From positions 47,272 through 111,271 of IMG/VR virus record IMGVR_UViG_3300045391_006990: 64,000 bases of DNA. One strand, 5' to 3'. The notes under the pieces were generated by a model, which was not told where the DNA came from, did no database searches, and saw only the letters and a list, made by a program, of their open reading frames with translations. The stretch is from a virus. Positions 8,362-17,427 of the stretch are shown here, one piece after another; the stretch's first letter is position 1, and each line of letters starts with the position of its first letter. The position numbers and the translations under genes were made by a program.

Positions 8362-8624
8362 GAGCCTCCCTGCTGGTCCAGCGGGCGGATGACCAGGACG
8401 GCCGCCTCCAGCGCCTGGCGCGCGGCTTCCTTGGCCGCCTCCTCGGTCTCCTTCAGGCCAGCGCCGAGCGGCGCCGTACCGTTCCACGCGCCCCATTGGT
8501 AGGCGGGGCCGTCGACGGCCTTCTCGACCTTGGCCAGGAGCATGGTGCCTTTCACGCGCCCGACCCAGCATGGAGTCTCGGTCCACTCAAGCCTGCGGGG
8601 GAATTCGATGAGCTTGCCGGTCAT
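8358..8624 (-). CDS. hypothetical protein, likely leaderless
   Basis: MTGKLIEFPRR...; TAGGCT 7 nt upstream of the ATG. Confidence 0.55.
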   Translation of the reverse strand: MTGKLIEFPRRLEWTETPCWVGRVKGTMLLAKVEKAVDGPAYQWGAWNGTAPLGAGLKETEEAAKEAARQALEAAVLVIRPLDQQGGS

Positions 8625-8675
8625 CCCCAAGAGCCTACCGCCGGCTTCGCGCGCCCACAAGTTCATCACCGTTTC

Positions 8676-8685
8676 GGGGATAAGA
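8676..8685 (+). promoter_or_regulatory. GGGGATAAGA promoter-like motif
   Basis: Exact copy upstream of the GGAGG SD and ATG 8702. Confidence 0.65.
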
Positions 8686-8701
8686 ATGACGGAGGACACC
8701 C

Positions 8702-9058
8702 ATGGCCGAAGCATCTGTTGAAGTGGATGAAGCTGCCCTACGCGCGGCCATTCGCGTATGGATTTACACGCCGATCATCCGTCTGCACACCGTCGCTGGA
8801 GAACGACAAGACCTCTATCTGAAGCTCGTCGCACATGCGGCGCAGCTTCCGTACGAAAAGGTCGTGGAGCTCTGGCATGCGCGCAACCGCGGCATCGTAG
8901 ACGCTCGCCGCCAATTGAAGCGCATGATCTTCGCCAAGCTGATGAACGACCCGCCGTCCATCCTTCGGGTTCACGATGAAGTCGTGGTTCATGAAGCCTC
9001 GCCTGTAGAATCAGAGGATGTTGCCGAAGAACAAGGTCATGAAGATCGTCCCCGGTGA
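8702..9058 (+). CDS. small protein with PolA-like fingers and motif C fragments
   Basis: DLY...A...RRQLKRMIF...RVHDEVVV; GGAGG SD. Confidence 0.5.
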   Translation: MAEASVEVDEAALRAAIRVWIYTPIIRLHTVAGERQDLYLKLVAHAAQLPYEKVVELWHARNRGIVDARRQLKRMIFAKLMNDPPSILRVHDEVVVHEASPVESEDVAEEQGHEDRPR

Positions 9059-9275
9059 AGCTTACATGCGTCGCAGGGACAAGAAAGTCGTGGTAGTCGA
9101 TCGCGTCACCGGTCAGGGGGTGGAATACCACCTCAAGTCCGACACTGCTGAAGCCAAGTTCAAGATCTCGCTGGACGGTTTCCGCAAAGGCATCCGCCCA
9201 CTCACAGCAGAGGAGAAGCAACGTGAAAATACTACTGCTGGCTCTGTTGCCGCTGCTGTTCCAAGCGAACAGTGA
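9018..9275 (+). CDS. small SH3-like hypothetical protein
   Basis: Basic, beta-strand-rich sequence; TAGAAT 6 nt upstream. Confidence 0.45.
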   Translation: MLPKNKVMKIVPGEAYMRRRDKKVVVVDRVTGQGVEYHLKSDTAEAKFKISLDGFRKGIRPLTAEEKQRENTTAGSVAAAVPSEQ

Positions 9276-9417
9276 TCGGTGCAGGGCCAAAGAATTTCGA
9301 TGTGAAATGCGCTGCAACGAAGATACCAAGGGCGGGACGATGTCCCGTCTCAAATGTTATGAGAGGTGCCGTGAAGACGAGACAGCCTGCCGTAAGTACG
9401 GCGACGACGAGCCCTAA
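9223..9417 (+). CDS. small secreted Cys-rich protein
   Basis: Signal-like MKILLLALLPLLF; six Cys including CxxxC pairs; GAGGAG SD. Confidence 0.5.
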   Translation: MKILLLALLPLLFQANSDRCRAKEFRCEMRCNEDTKGGTMSRLKCYERCREDETACRKYGDDEP

Positions 9418-9655
9418 GAAAAAGATGGTGCAGCAGGAGCTACCCTTTGAAGAGCCGCTGCAGCCAGGATGGCAGGGCAAGCGTTACTTGCTCTGCTCCG
9501 ACGGAATCTGGCACCTGGTGCTTTTCATCCACGACGCGGAAATGGCAGACACCCAGTGCTGCGCCGACGTGCACGTACAGCTTCCGCCGCCGAGCGGATC
9601 ACGCGAGCCAATGTGCGAAACGTGCGTGCAGCTCCACTTTGCTCCCAAGAAGTAG

Positions 9656-10009
9656 TCAACTAGCGTGGCGTATGCGGTGGATGGTGCCAGCTCGGCGCGA
9701 GGAGCGGAGCTTGGTGTACACCTCCATGTCGGTGTGCGCCCCGCGCGCTCTCCTCATGAGCTCGTCGTGTGCCAGGCGCAGACCGGTACCGACGGCGAAA
9801 ACCTCCTGGTCGATGTGCGGAATTTGCTCATACAAAAGCTCCACACTGAGGCGATTGCACGCGAGGAAGCCTTGTACCATGCGCGCAAGCAGTGGTTCGT
9901 CATCTATCGTCACTTCGAGCTCGCCGGCGTCCTTGTCCAGCGCGTCCACTACATCTTTGAGCTGTCCGAGTAGCAGCGCGGTGTGCTCGCATCGTTCTGA
10001 AAAATTCAT
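9656..10009 (-). CDS. hypothetical protein
   Basis: AAGGA SD; plausible composition. Confidence 0.5.
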   Translation of the reverse strand: MNFSERCEHTALLLGQLKDVVDALDKDAGELEVTIDDEPLLARMVQGFLACNRLSVELLYEQIPHIDQEVFAVGTGLRLAHDELMRRARGAHTDMEVYTKLRSSRRAGTIHRIRHAS

Positions 10010-10062
10010 CTACTGGTGTTCCTTCTGCCTGAGGCGCGACACGGTAGGCAAGGATTGAACCA

Positions 10063-10344
10063 ATGAAGGAGACGAGCTCCAACAAGTACCAGTTGCTGTC
10101 AGATGGACAGCGCGTTTGGGTGAACGGACTGCAGGGGGAGTCAGTCGCCCGCCTATCGCGGTTCGGCTCGGTTGTGATGATCGACATACACCAGCCGCTC
10201 TGCGCGCAAAAGACAAATGGCGAGTGCCTCGACTGCAGGCACGACCTGCAGGGGTATGAGGCGTGGTTGTACTTCATCTCGTCACTCAAACGAAACTTCA
10301 ACATCGATGTCGACGAAGCACATCGACCCAAATGGGCCAGCTAA
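10063..10344 (+). CDS. hypothetical protein
   Basis: VWVN...RLSRFG...IDIH...CLDC motif; starts a plus-strand block. Confidence 0.55.
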   Translation: MKETSSNKYQLLSDGQRVWVNGLQGESVARLSRFGSVVMIDIHQPLCAQKTNGECLDCRHDLQGYEAWLYFISSLKRNFNIDVDEAHRPKWAS

Positions 10345-10645
10345 CGGAGAAGGAAATGGAAGAGACGTTCGACCTAGGAAAAGCAACGGAGCAGACTCGT
10401 GAACTCACTGCGCTACTGTCACTCATGAAGCGTCAGCGCAAAAAGAGCAAACCCATCGAGACGGTGCTGGAAGCCCTAAACAAACTGGGGTCCCGCCGCC
10501 CAACGAAGCAACGTTTCAGCGTTCACTTCGACCGCGACCGCAGCAAGTTCATCGTGTACACAGCACACGAGGAGACCGTGCTGCCACTCGTACTGCACCA
10601 CACTGCAGAAGAGATCTACTGCAAGCCCACCAAGGAGAAGCTCAA

Positions 10646-11230
10646 GTGAAGTACTTTGCCAGCAAAGAAAGCAGCGTGCTGCTAGTAGCACTTATAGTTG
10701 GCTGCAGCGCGGCCGAGCCGCCCACATCCACGTCTACGCGCCCGACGCCGACCGAAGCTCACGTAGCAGACGTTGAAGTACAGGAAACACCAGAACCGCC
10801 GACGGTAGATCGCCTGCATGTGGAGTGGACGGTCGACGAGCAATTCACGTCAGACGAATTAGACGCCATACTGGTTGCCGGTGAGGACTGGGCTACAGTC
10901 ACTGAAGGACGTGTCGGTCTGACCTTCAAGGTAGCGGCTGTTGAAGTCGGTACACCATGGACCATTGCCAGGACCGATATACCGAACGCCAATGGCCGGA
11001 CCAGCATCTTCGATACCGGCACGTTCATCGAGATCGATGCCAACAACTTCGAGAACACCACGTGCGTAGGACAAGTCTGGTACGTAGCTGCGCATGAGCT
11101 CGGACACTCGCTCGGTATCCTGACGCACGGACCAACCGGTGTAATGAAGACAGGTGCAGGTGCTGCTAATTGTGCCGTGACGTTCACTCATAGCGACATA
11201 GACTTGTTCAACGCAGCCAACCCAAACTGA
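10646..11230 (+). CDS. lipoprotein, matrixin/metzincin-like metalloprotease
   Basis: Lipobox LIVGC, Pro/Thr linker, AAHELGHSLGILTH plus a downstream GVM Met-turn. Confidence 0.75.
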   Translation: MKYFASKESSVLLVALIVGCSAAEPPTSTSTRPTPTEAHVADVEVQETPEPPTVDRLHVEWTVDEQFTSDELDAILVAGEDWATVTEGRVGLTFKVAAVEVGTPWTIARTDIPNANGRTSIFDTGTFIEIDANNFENTTCVGQVWYVAAHELGHSLGILTHGPTGVMKTGAGAANCAVTFTHSDIDLFNAANPN

Positions 11231-11238
11231 AGAGCTAC

Positions 11239-11715
11239 ATGACCATACGCTATGTAAAAGGCGATGTGACCAAGCCCGAGGATACGGGTGGCATTCGTGT
11301 CATCGCCCACTCTTGCAATGACGTGGGCGGTTGGGGTCCAGAAGGGGGCAGCGTTGCCGATGCTATCGGCAAGCGTTGGCCAGAGGCGAGGAGCGAGTAC
11401 AAGTCGCAATTCCTAGAAGGCACTGGCTTGAAGCTCGGCGAGGTGCAGCTAGTCGACGTCGGCGACAAGCTGTGGGTCGCCAACTGCATCGCCCAGCGTG
11501 GCTACCGCCGCCCCGGCAATCTGCAGCCGTTCAAGTACGAGGCCTTCGAAACCTGCATGGGGTTTCTGGTGAAGAGCTTCGTCGGCCGCAACGCCAGCAT
11601 TCACATGCCGCGCGTGGGCACCAAACTTGGCGGCGCTGATTGGCACGCCATCGAATACATCATTGAAAGAACGCTCGGCGAAGCCGAGCTTAACGTCACG
11701 GTGTACGACCTATGA
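11239..11715 (+). CDS. macrodomain (Poa1p/TARG1/DarG-like ADP-ribose hydrolase)
   Basis: YVKGDVT..VIAHSCNDVGGWG..VANCIAQ..IHMPRVGTKLGGADW..VTVYDL. Confidence 0.85.
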   Translation: MTIRYVKGDVTKPEDTGGIRVIAHSCNDVGGWGPEGGSVADAIGKRWPEARSEYKSQFLEGTGLKLGEVQLVDVGDKLWVANCIAQRGYRRPGNLQPFKYEAFETCMGFLVKSFVGRNASIHMPRVGTKLGGADWHAIEYIIERTLGEAELNVTVYDL

Positions 11716-12095
11716 ACGACTGGAAGAAGTGCGTGGTCTGCGGAGAAGAGATCATCCCTCCCAGCCACTTGGAAGTACAAGATGTGCCTCGGCACTACCA
11801 CATTCACTGCGCCGAGCAAGCGAAGCAGCTGGCGGTGGTGTGGCGCGGCTTGGTGCTGCAAGGCACTGACGAAGACCTTTGCTGGGCACACGACAAGAGC
11901 GAAGAGACCGGGCTCTACCTGGGCGTTGCGTTCGAAGACGAGCGCGGGTTCTTCTCGGCTACCATCGCGGTCCATGGCGTCGAGAGCGAAGGCGAAGGTG
12001 CCACCGCGATCGAGGCGCTGGACAGCGCGTACATAGACCTGCAGCAAGAGACGCTGCGCATCACAGCCGAAGTCTGGCAGCTAGGACAGCGTTGA
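11712..12095 (+). CDS. hypothetical protein with N-terminal C2HC zinc finger
   Basis: CVVC...HIHC; ATGA coupling. Confidence 0.55.
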   Translation: MNDWKKCVVCGEEIIPPSHLEVQDVPRHYHIHCAEQAKQLAVVWRGLVLQGTDEDLCWAHDKSEETGLYLGVAFEDERGFFSATIAVHGVESEGEGATAIEALDSAYIDLQQETLRITAEVWQLGQR

Positions 12096-12508
12096 TGCTC
12101 ACCCTGTCACCCAAGCACGGAGTGAATCCGTCTGTCGGCCTTTGCTTTTTCTGCCAGAAGGCGAAAGAGGTGTTGCTGTTCGGCAGGATGAAAGGAGACG
12201 AGCAGGCACCACGTGAGGTGGTTGCCAACATGGAGCCTTGCGACGAGTGCGCGGGCTTGATGAAGCAAGGCATCATCCTCATCAGCGTCGACCCCGCGCA
12301 GTCCGAAGACAAGACTAATCCGTGGCGCAGTGGTGGCTGGTGCGTGGTGCGTGCCGAAGCACTCGAACGTTGGAAAGAAGCGGGCATGGACGCCGCGGTG
12401 GTGGACTCCATGCTGGATCACCGCTTCGGCTTCATCGAGGATCAGGTCTGGGATCTCATCGGTCTGCCGCGTGCTGAAGCACCGTCGACGGAAGAGGCCC
12501 CAGCCTGA
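12095..12508 (+). CDS. CxxC..CxxC phage hypothetical protein
   Basis: MLTLSPKHGVNPS..CFFC..PCDEC; TGATG coupling. Confidence 0.6.
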   Translation: MLTLSPKHGVNPSVGLCFFCQKAKEVLLFGRMKGDEQAPREVVANMEPCDECAGLMKQGIILISVDPAQSEDKTNPWRSGGWCVVRAEALERWKEAGMDAAVVDSMLDHRFGFIEDQVWDLIGLPRAEAPSTEEAPA

Positions 12509-12512
12509 GCTC

Positions 12513-12543
12513 GAGGGAAAGGGGCCTGCGCCCTTTCTTTAGC
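12513..12543 (+). terminator. intrinsic terminator
   Basis: GAAAGGG..CCCTTTC stem followed by TTTAGC, at a convergent junction. Confidence 0.55.
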
Positions 12544-13144
12544 CCCGCGACGTTGCCGCCAGCTTCAATCGCCGGAACTCGGCCGCGCGCTCCACGATGA
12601 GCCGCGCCTGGCTCAAGTTGAAGGGCTTGGGCAAGAAGGCGAAAGCGCCCATTTGGCGTGCCCGGTCGGCCTCCGTGTCAAAACCGGAGGTCATGACGAC
12701 CTCGATGATCGGGAAGTGCTTCCGAACGTGCTCGAGCAACGTGTAGCCGTTCTTTGGCATCGAGATGTCCGCCACGACGACCTCGATCGTAGGGTCCCCT
12801 TCCAGCAGTGCAGCTGCGCCCAGACCGGACAGCGCATGGCTTACAGCCATCCCTGCACTTTCGAAGATCCGTACGAACGCCCGGCACAGCTCCGGGTTGT
12901 CGTCCACCACCAGCACGCGTATCGGCGCCCCCTCTTTCTGGTCCATGCTTGCCCCCTTCAAATCCTCCAAAAGCCGTTTGGACGTCAGATCGTCCCGTAG
13001 CTGCCCTAGGTCCTTGCGCCAAAGCTGGCGTAGCGTCAGATCCCGCGCGTCGAGTTCCTCCCGCAAGCCCTCCCGTAGGCGCTGGGCGGTCTTTCCGGCC
13101 ACAGCCTCGGCGAGCTCGAGCTCGGCCGATCCTTCAGTTTCCAT
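12539..13144 (-). CDS. stand-alone response regulator receiver domain protein
   Basis: VLVVDD, ADISMP (phospho-Asp), MTSG, LPKPF; no output domain. Confidence 0.9.
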   Translation of the reverse strand: METEGSAELELAEAVAGKTAQRLREGLREELDARDLTLRQLWRKDLGQLRDDLTSKRLLEDLKGASMDQKEGAPIRVLVVDDNPELCRAFVRIFESAGMAVSHALSGLGAAALLEGDPTIEVVVADISMPKNGYTLLEHVRKHFPIIEVVMTSGFDTEADRARQMGAFAFLPKPFNLSQARLIVERAAEFRRLKLAATSRG

Positions 13145-13201
13145 AGTAAAAAGTTTACAAGACACCGCCGCGAAACCCCAAACCCACAGGGTTGCGGTGG
13201 G

Positions 13202-14413
13202 TTACGAGAGCGTGATGGCGCTCGACGGATCGCCGAGAAGAATCCAGCGGGGGGTGCCGTTGGCCTTAACGTCCATCGCCTTCCATCGGTAGGTCCGCGC
13301 CGTACCTGGCGGCGTACTGGTTGCCAGCACGCCATCGCCTCCCGTGATGCCAATGCCGGTCCAGGTATCGCCGACGTGTGTGTTGGCCACGGTCAGGACG
13401 AACTCCTGCCCAATGAACAGGATGTTCGGCAACGTGATGCTTGGGGCACCGCTGTTGACGTAGAAGCTCTGCGCTCGGTAACCCGTTGCGCAAGTGAGAA
13501 CCGACGTAGAGACACTGGAAGCAATTGGGTTGGAGAGGGTGAGCTCCGACCCCAACGCCAAATACCCGACACCGACCATGGTGTACGGATTGACGACGTC
13601 GAACTGGCTGCCCCTCTCCGTAATCAGCACGCCGCTTGTTGCAGCAATACAGGCACCACTACTGAAAGCACCTCTGAAAAGGTTGTCATTCAGCTGGTGA
13701 CCGCCCGTGGAGTTGAGATTGATGATGTTGGCGCTGCCGCCGTGTGCCGTTACATCGAAGAAGTTGTTGTTGGCGTACAGAGCCCCCTGATCGATGTCGA
13801 CGAGGTTGTGCGTGAACACGGACGGCATGGTCAAGGTGCTGTGGGACAGACGCAGCGCAGACGACGCAGCTAAGCTGAGGAGCAGGTCAGCATCGCCTTT
13901 GGCGCGTAGGTAGCAACGTTCGAACACGAAGTCGGACCCCGTGCCCGTGTTGTTCAAGATCCTGCCATTCAGATTGTCGTCGTAGGAAGGCGCATTCCAA
14001 GAACAATTGCGGTAGTGCACACGAACGCCAGCGCTGCAGTCGATTGCGTAGCCCGTATTACCAACCAACCCACCGAAGATGATGTTCTCGACCAGCGTGT
14101 AATCGATGCGCGAGCTGCCAGAGACCCAATCGTGATGGTTGCGCGTCGCGTGGTTGTTACGCCAAAAAGTTGCGTCTGGCACCCCATGCCAACTCACGTT
14201 GGGCTGCATGTGGATGATCTGGTCCGTGCGGTATTGCGTAGGGCCGAGAAACACCTTACCGCCGCTCACGTTGGCCATAGCGTCGTGCGCCGCCTGGAAG
14301 GCAACTGAGTCATCCACCGACGGACTGCCCTTGGCTCCGAAGTACTCGGGGGTTATCCATCCATCGCCACGAAGGCCTTTCCTGAAGCGAACGTTCCTGT
14401 TGAACTCGGTCAT
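13202..14413 (-). CDS. tail spike / pectate-lyase-like beta-helix protein
   Basis: N-terminal PEYFGAKG..DDSVAFQAAHDA..GGKVFL..QYR motif; Asn/Gly/Ser-rich beta-helix repeats. Confidence 0.75.
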   Translation of the reverse strand: MTEFNRNVRFRKGLRGDGWITPEYFGAKGSPSVDDSVAFQAAHDAMANVSGGKVFLGPTQYRTDQIIHMQPNVSWHGVPDATFWRNNHATRNHHDWVSGSSRIDYTLVENIIFGGLVGNTGYAIDCSAGVRVHYRNCSWNAPSYDDNLNGRILNNTGTGSDFVFERCYLRAKGDADLLLSLAASSALRLSHSTLTMPSVFTHNLVDIDQGALYANNNFFDVTAHGGSANIINLNSTGGHQLNDNLFRGAFSSGACIAATSGVLITERGSQFDVVNPYTMVGVGYLALGSELTLSNPIASSVSTSVLTCATGYRAQSFYVNSGAPSITLPNILFIGQEFVLTVANTHVGDTWTGIGITGGDGVLATSTPPGTARTYRWKAMDVKANGTPRWILLGDPSSAITLS

Positions 14414-14416
14414 AGG

Positions 14417-14463
14417 GCTAAGAAAAAGTCTACCACGGGCTGCCTCGTATGAAGCAGCCCGTG
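14417..14463 (-). terminator. terminator-like hairpin
   Basis: CACGGGCTGC..GCAGCCCGTG then TTTTTCTTAGC on minus. Confidence 0.5.
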
Positions 14464-14470
14464 CCAGTCC

Positions 14471-14866
14471 CTACTTGGAGCTCCGACGCTTCAGCTCCCG
14501 CAGGCGCTCCCGCTCCGAATTGAATGATCTCGCCGACGTGCCAAAGCAGAGCACCGTCTCGTCGAACGTAGGCTCTCCGCCATTGGCCGGTGGGTTGTCT
14601 CCCGGCTGTACGCCCAGGAGCGCAGCATCGATCGCCGAGAAGTTGGGCTTGGCGCCGTTCGAGCTCACCCAGTGCACACCTTCCTTGGGCGTGTTCTTCG
14701 GACTGCGGGTGATTTCATCCAGCAGGTCATTGAGCCGCCGTTGCTGGTCCTGCGTGATGTACGATGGGATGGCAAAGCTCACCTCGATGGCCAGCACTTC
14801 CACATCATTGTCGGCAGGATCTTCACACCTGTCGTTGAGGTCGATTTCCTTGATTTCGTAGTCCAT
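14471..14866 (-). CDS. hypothetical protein
   Basis: MDYEIKEIDLND...; GAGGA SD. Confidence 0.55.
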   Translation of the reverse strand: MDYEIKEIDLNDRCEDPADNDVEVLAIEVSFAIPSYITQDQQRRLNDLLDEITRSPKNTPKEGVHWVSSNGAKPNFSAIDAALLGVQPGDNPPANGGEPTFDETVLCFGTSARSFNSERERLRELKRRSSK

Positions 14867-15458
14867 GTATTTCCTCGCCTCGGCGGTGGGCCAACATTTG
14901 CAGCAGCACCGCTTGGTGAATTCTATTGGGATCGATGGTCTTGGAGATGAGGTCGTGCAGGTAGTCCTTCCCTTTACGGCCAGCACCGATGATGCCGTGG
15001 TGTTCGAGTAGCCGCACCGCACTGTCCTTCCAAAGCAGGCTCGCAACCGCCCGGGAGGTCGTGGTGGTGTTCAACTGCGGTACACGTACTTCCCGAACGG
15101 CGTGGTCTTCGTACACGTAGATGCCCCAGAACCCAGGTACGCGGCGCTTCACGCTGACCAGGTGCTTTGGCGTCACGATGACCGATAGCTGGTCCATGAG
15201 CTGCCCGTAGAGCTTCACCTGGATCTTCGACAGGCGCTCCAGCCCATTGGTGTCGCCGTCGCTCTTGATCTCAAAGCAGCGCAGCAGGCTGTTGACCACC
15301 ACGACGTCGCAACGTCCTTCCTTGGTGCCCACACGAAAGCAGAGCTCGTCGATGCGCACACTGTCTGGTTCTTGCATCACCGTGCTTTCGAGAAAGCTAT
15401 GGATCGACGAGCGCATGTGCTTGTCGAGGAGATTCTTCGTCGGGCTCATGTAGGCCAT
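14823..15458 (-). CDS. sce7726-like PD-(D/E)xK fold protein
   Basis: E..RCDVVVVN..FEIKSDGD..LERL..Q..Y..P.FWGI pattern. Confidence 0.75.
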   Translation of the reverse strand: MAYMSPTKNLLDKHMRSSIHSFLESTVMQEPDSVRIDELCFRVGTKEGRCDVVVVNSLLRCFEIKSDGDTNGLERLSKIQVKLYGQLMDQLSVIVTPKHLVSVKRRVPGFWGIYVYEDHAVREVRVPQLNTTTTSRAVASLLWKDSAVRLLEHHGIIGAGRKGKDYLHDLISKTIDPNRIHQAVLLQMLAHRRGEEIHGLRNQGNRPQRQV

Positions 15459-15480
15459 GCGGCAATACTACCCGTAGATC

Positions 15481-15490
15481 GGGGATAAGA
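15481..15490 (+). promoter_or_regulatory. GGGGATAAGA promoter-like motif
   Basis: Exact copy upstream of GAGGT SD and ATG 15507. Confidence 0.65.
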
Positions 15491-15506
15491 TAGGTAGAGG
15501 TGGAAC

Positions 15507-15944
15507 ATGAAATTCCAAGAGTTTGTCGGTGCTGCGGAGGTTCATCTACGAATGGCCGGGTGGTTGATGCACGGGCACAATGGGGTGTGGCGCAAGTACA
15601 AGAAAGCAGGTGTTTCAGACGTACAACCGCTACCTGCCGCGCTCATCAAGGAACTCGAGACCGACGGCGCTTTTGAGCCGACGGTCGAGGCTTACTTGAC
15701 GAACAACGGCTGGCGACGGAGCAGTAGTGGAGTATCAGGCGGGTGGCCTATGTTCAGCAAGAATGGGAAGTTCCGAAACTTGCCCATCGCAATGCTTCAA
15801 CAGCTACGCGATGACCGCATAGACCGGGCTGCGGTCGTCCCTCCTACAACGCCCAGCGAGATGAAGAACCTTCTCGATGTGCGTGCTGTGCGAAATAGCC
15901 CGCCTCCAAGTGGGACCGCTGACACCGCGATCTCGCGGAGGTAG
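15507..15944 (+). CDS. hypothetical protein with internal duplication
   Basis: E.HLRMAGW..W.KY and EAYLTNNGW..W..F segments resemble each other. Confidence 0.6.
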   Translation: MKFQEFVGAAEVHLRMAGWLMHGHNGVWRKYKKAGVSDVQPLPAALIKELETDGAFEPTVEAYLTNNGWRRSSSGVSGGWPMFSKNGKFRNLPIAMLQQLRDDRIDRAAVVPPTTPSEMKNLLDVRAVRNSPPPSGTADTAISRR

Positions 15945-15947
15945 CGG

Positions 15948-15981
15948 TAGAGAAAAGGCCCGTCAGGACCTTTTCTCTAGC
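15948..15981. terminator. bidirectional terminator
   Basis: TAGAGAAAAGG..CCTTTTCTCTA inverted repeat. Confidence 0.6.
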
Positions 15982-16481
15982 CCCCAGAGCAAGAGCTTTC
16001 TCACCAAGAGTGCCGTGCACAGCGTACACAATACGAACTTGGCGATGGTGAAAGCTGCCAACGTGATCTCTTCCATGTCGAGCTGCCAGCGTAGCCCATC
16101 ACTAGCAACTCGCTAGCCGACAGCTTCAACACCTTCCTGAATTCGAACATCCAGACGGTCCACCGATTCTGCAGCTGATCGTTGAACGGCGAGGCATCCA
16201 TGTGCCTCCAGATGAAGTACCAGCGTCGAACCCACCAATGTGCACCACAGAGGCAAGAGCGCACAGCGATACCCTGCCACCAATCACTGAAGGCGACTGC
16301 TATGACGCTGCTGAGCAACAGAGTCAACGCAACTACAAGCAGCATCAGTACCTCCCTAGTTCATCCATCTGCGTTTGAAAGCGCTGGGCACGCCCGCCGT
16401 AGTACATAAGAAAAACTCGGAAGAGACGGCGCTCCCTCGCAAAGTTGAACCGAGGGATGATGGCAGGCAGGCTGATGATGA

Positions 16482-17042
16482 TCACGGCGTTGTATCCTCC
16501 AACAACTCGACGGGAATCCAATCGGTGCCATTGTCCTTCAACTGCACTTTGCTCTCGTTGGAGGCAGCGACAGCCGCTACTACGAAGTCCTTCTCTGTAT
16601 TGTAACCGAGCTCGCGTGCCTCTTCCCTGAAGCGCACCTTCTGCCCCGTGTACAACAAAGACATGCCGGGCAGCAACGTAGGTAGGCCAACAACTGGTTT
16701 GCTACCTTCCGTAGGAGTTAGGGTCAGCTCTTCGTTCTTGTAACCTTTGAAGAACTGCACGCCGATGGATTCAACCGGCCCCGATGCCTGAAAGGTGAGG
16801 CCGCAGCCCTGACAGGCGTGATCCCTGTGCGGTTTGGTAGCAAGCCTGCCCTCGTCGACGTGCTGCAAGTGGCAACGCGGGCAAATGATGAGCAGCTCAA
16901 GTGGAGGCGTCGGCTTCTCGAGCTCGGCCTCGATGCGCTGGATGTGCGCGGTGACGTCATTCTTCATCTCCTGATCGGAGATGGTGTTACGCCAGCGCTT
17001 TGCGGCGTTGATGAGCCACACAACCTCTTCGTCACTCAGCAT
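16482..17042 (-). CDS. zinc-ribbon hypothetical protein
   Basis: CPRCHLQHVDEG..PHRDHACQGCG. Confidence 0.6.
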   Translation of the reverse strand: MLSDEEVVWLINAAKRWRNTISDQEMKNDVTAHIQRIEAELEKPTPPLELLIICPRCHLQHVDEGRLATKPHRDHACQGCGLTFQASGPVESIGVQFFKGYKNEELTLTPTEGSKPVVGLPTLLPGMSLLYTGQKVRFREEARELGYNTEKDFVVAAVAASNESKVQLKDNGTDWIPVELLEDTTP

Positions 17043-17427
17043 CGCTAGGCTTCCTTTGAGGCACCGGCGGCTGCTTCACGTGCCCGCGCGTGCGCCGCAC
17101 GTCACGGATGGTGTAACCCTGATCGTGCGCCGCACGGATGCAATCATCCATGTCCTCGTACTCGGCCGACACGATGCGCGGGTTCGCAACCTCGTGGAAG
17201 TACCAACCCTGGCGCTCCCAGAAGATGTCGACTTTGACACCGGTTTTGGTCGACTCCGTTCGGAGTCGTTCCAGAAGCCCCAGCGCGTCGTCCAATACCT
17301 GCATCGCCTGCAGAACCGTCACGGGCGAAAGGTCCGGGTTGATCAGCTTGGCACGGATGCCAAAGCGAGTGATAGCGTCGCTGAGCTTCTGCGCGGCCGT
17401 CGCTTGATCGTACGTGATGTCTGTCAT
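17032..17427 (-). CDS. hypothetical protein
   Basis: ATGA coupling; plausible composition. Confidence 0.55.
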   Translation of the reverse strand: MTDITYDQATAAQKLSDAITRFGIRAKLINPDLSPVTVLQAMQVLDDALGLLERLRTESTKTGVKVDIFWERQGWYFHEVANPRIVSAEYEDMDDCIRAAHDQGYTIRDVRRTRGHVKQPPVPQRKPSDAE

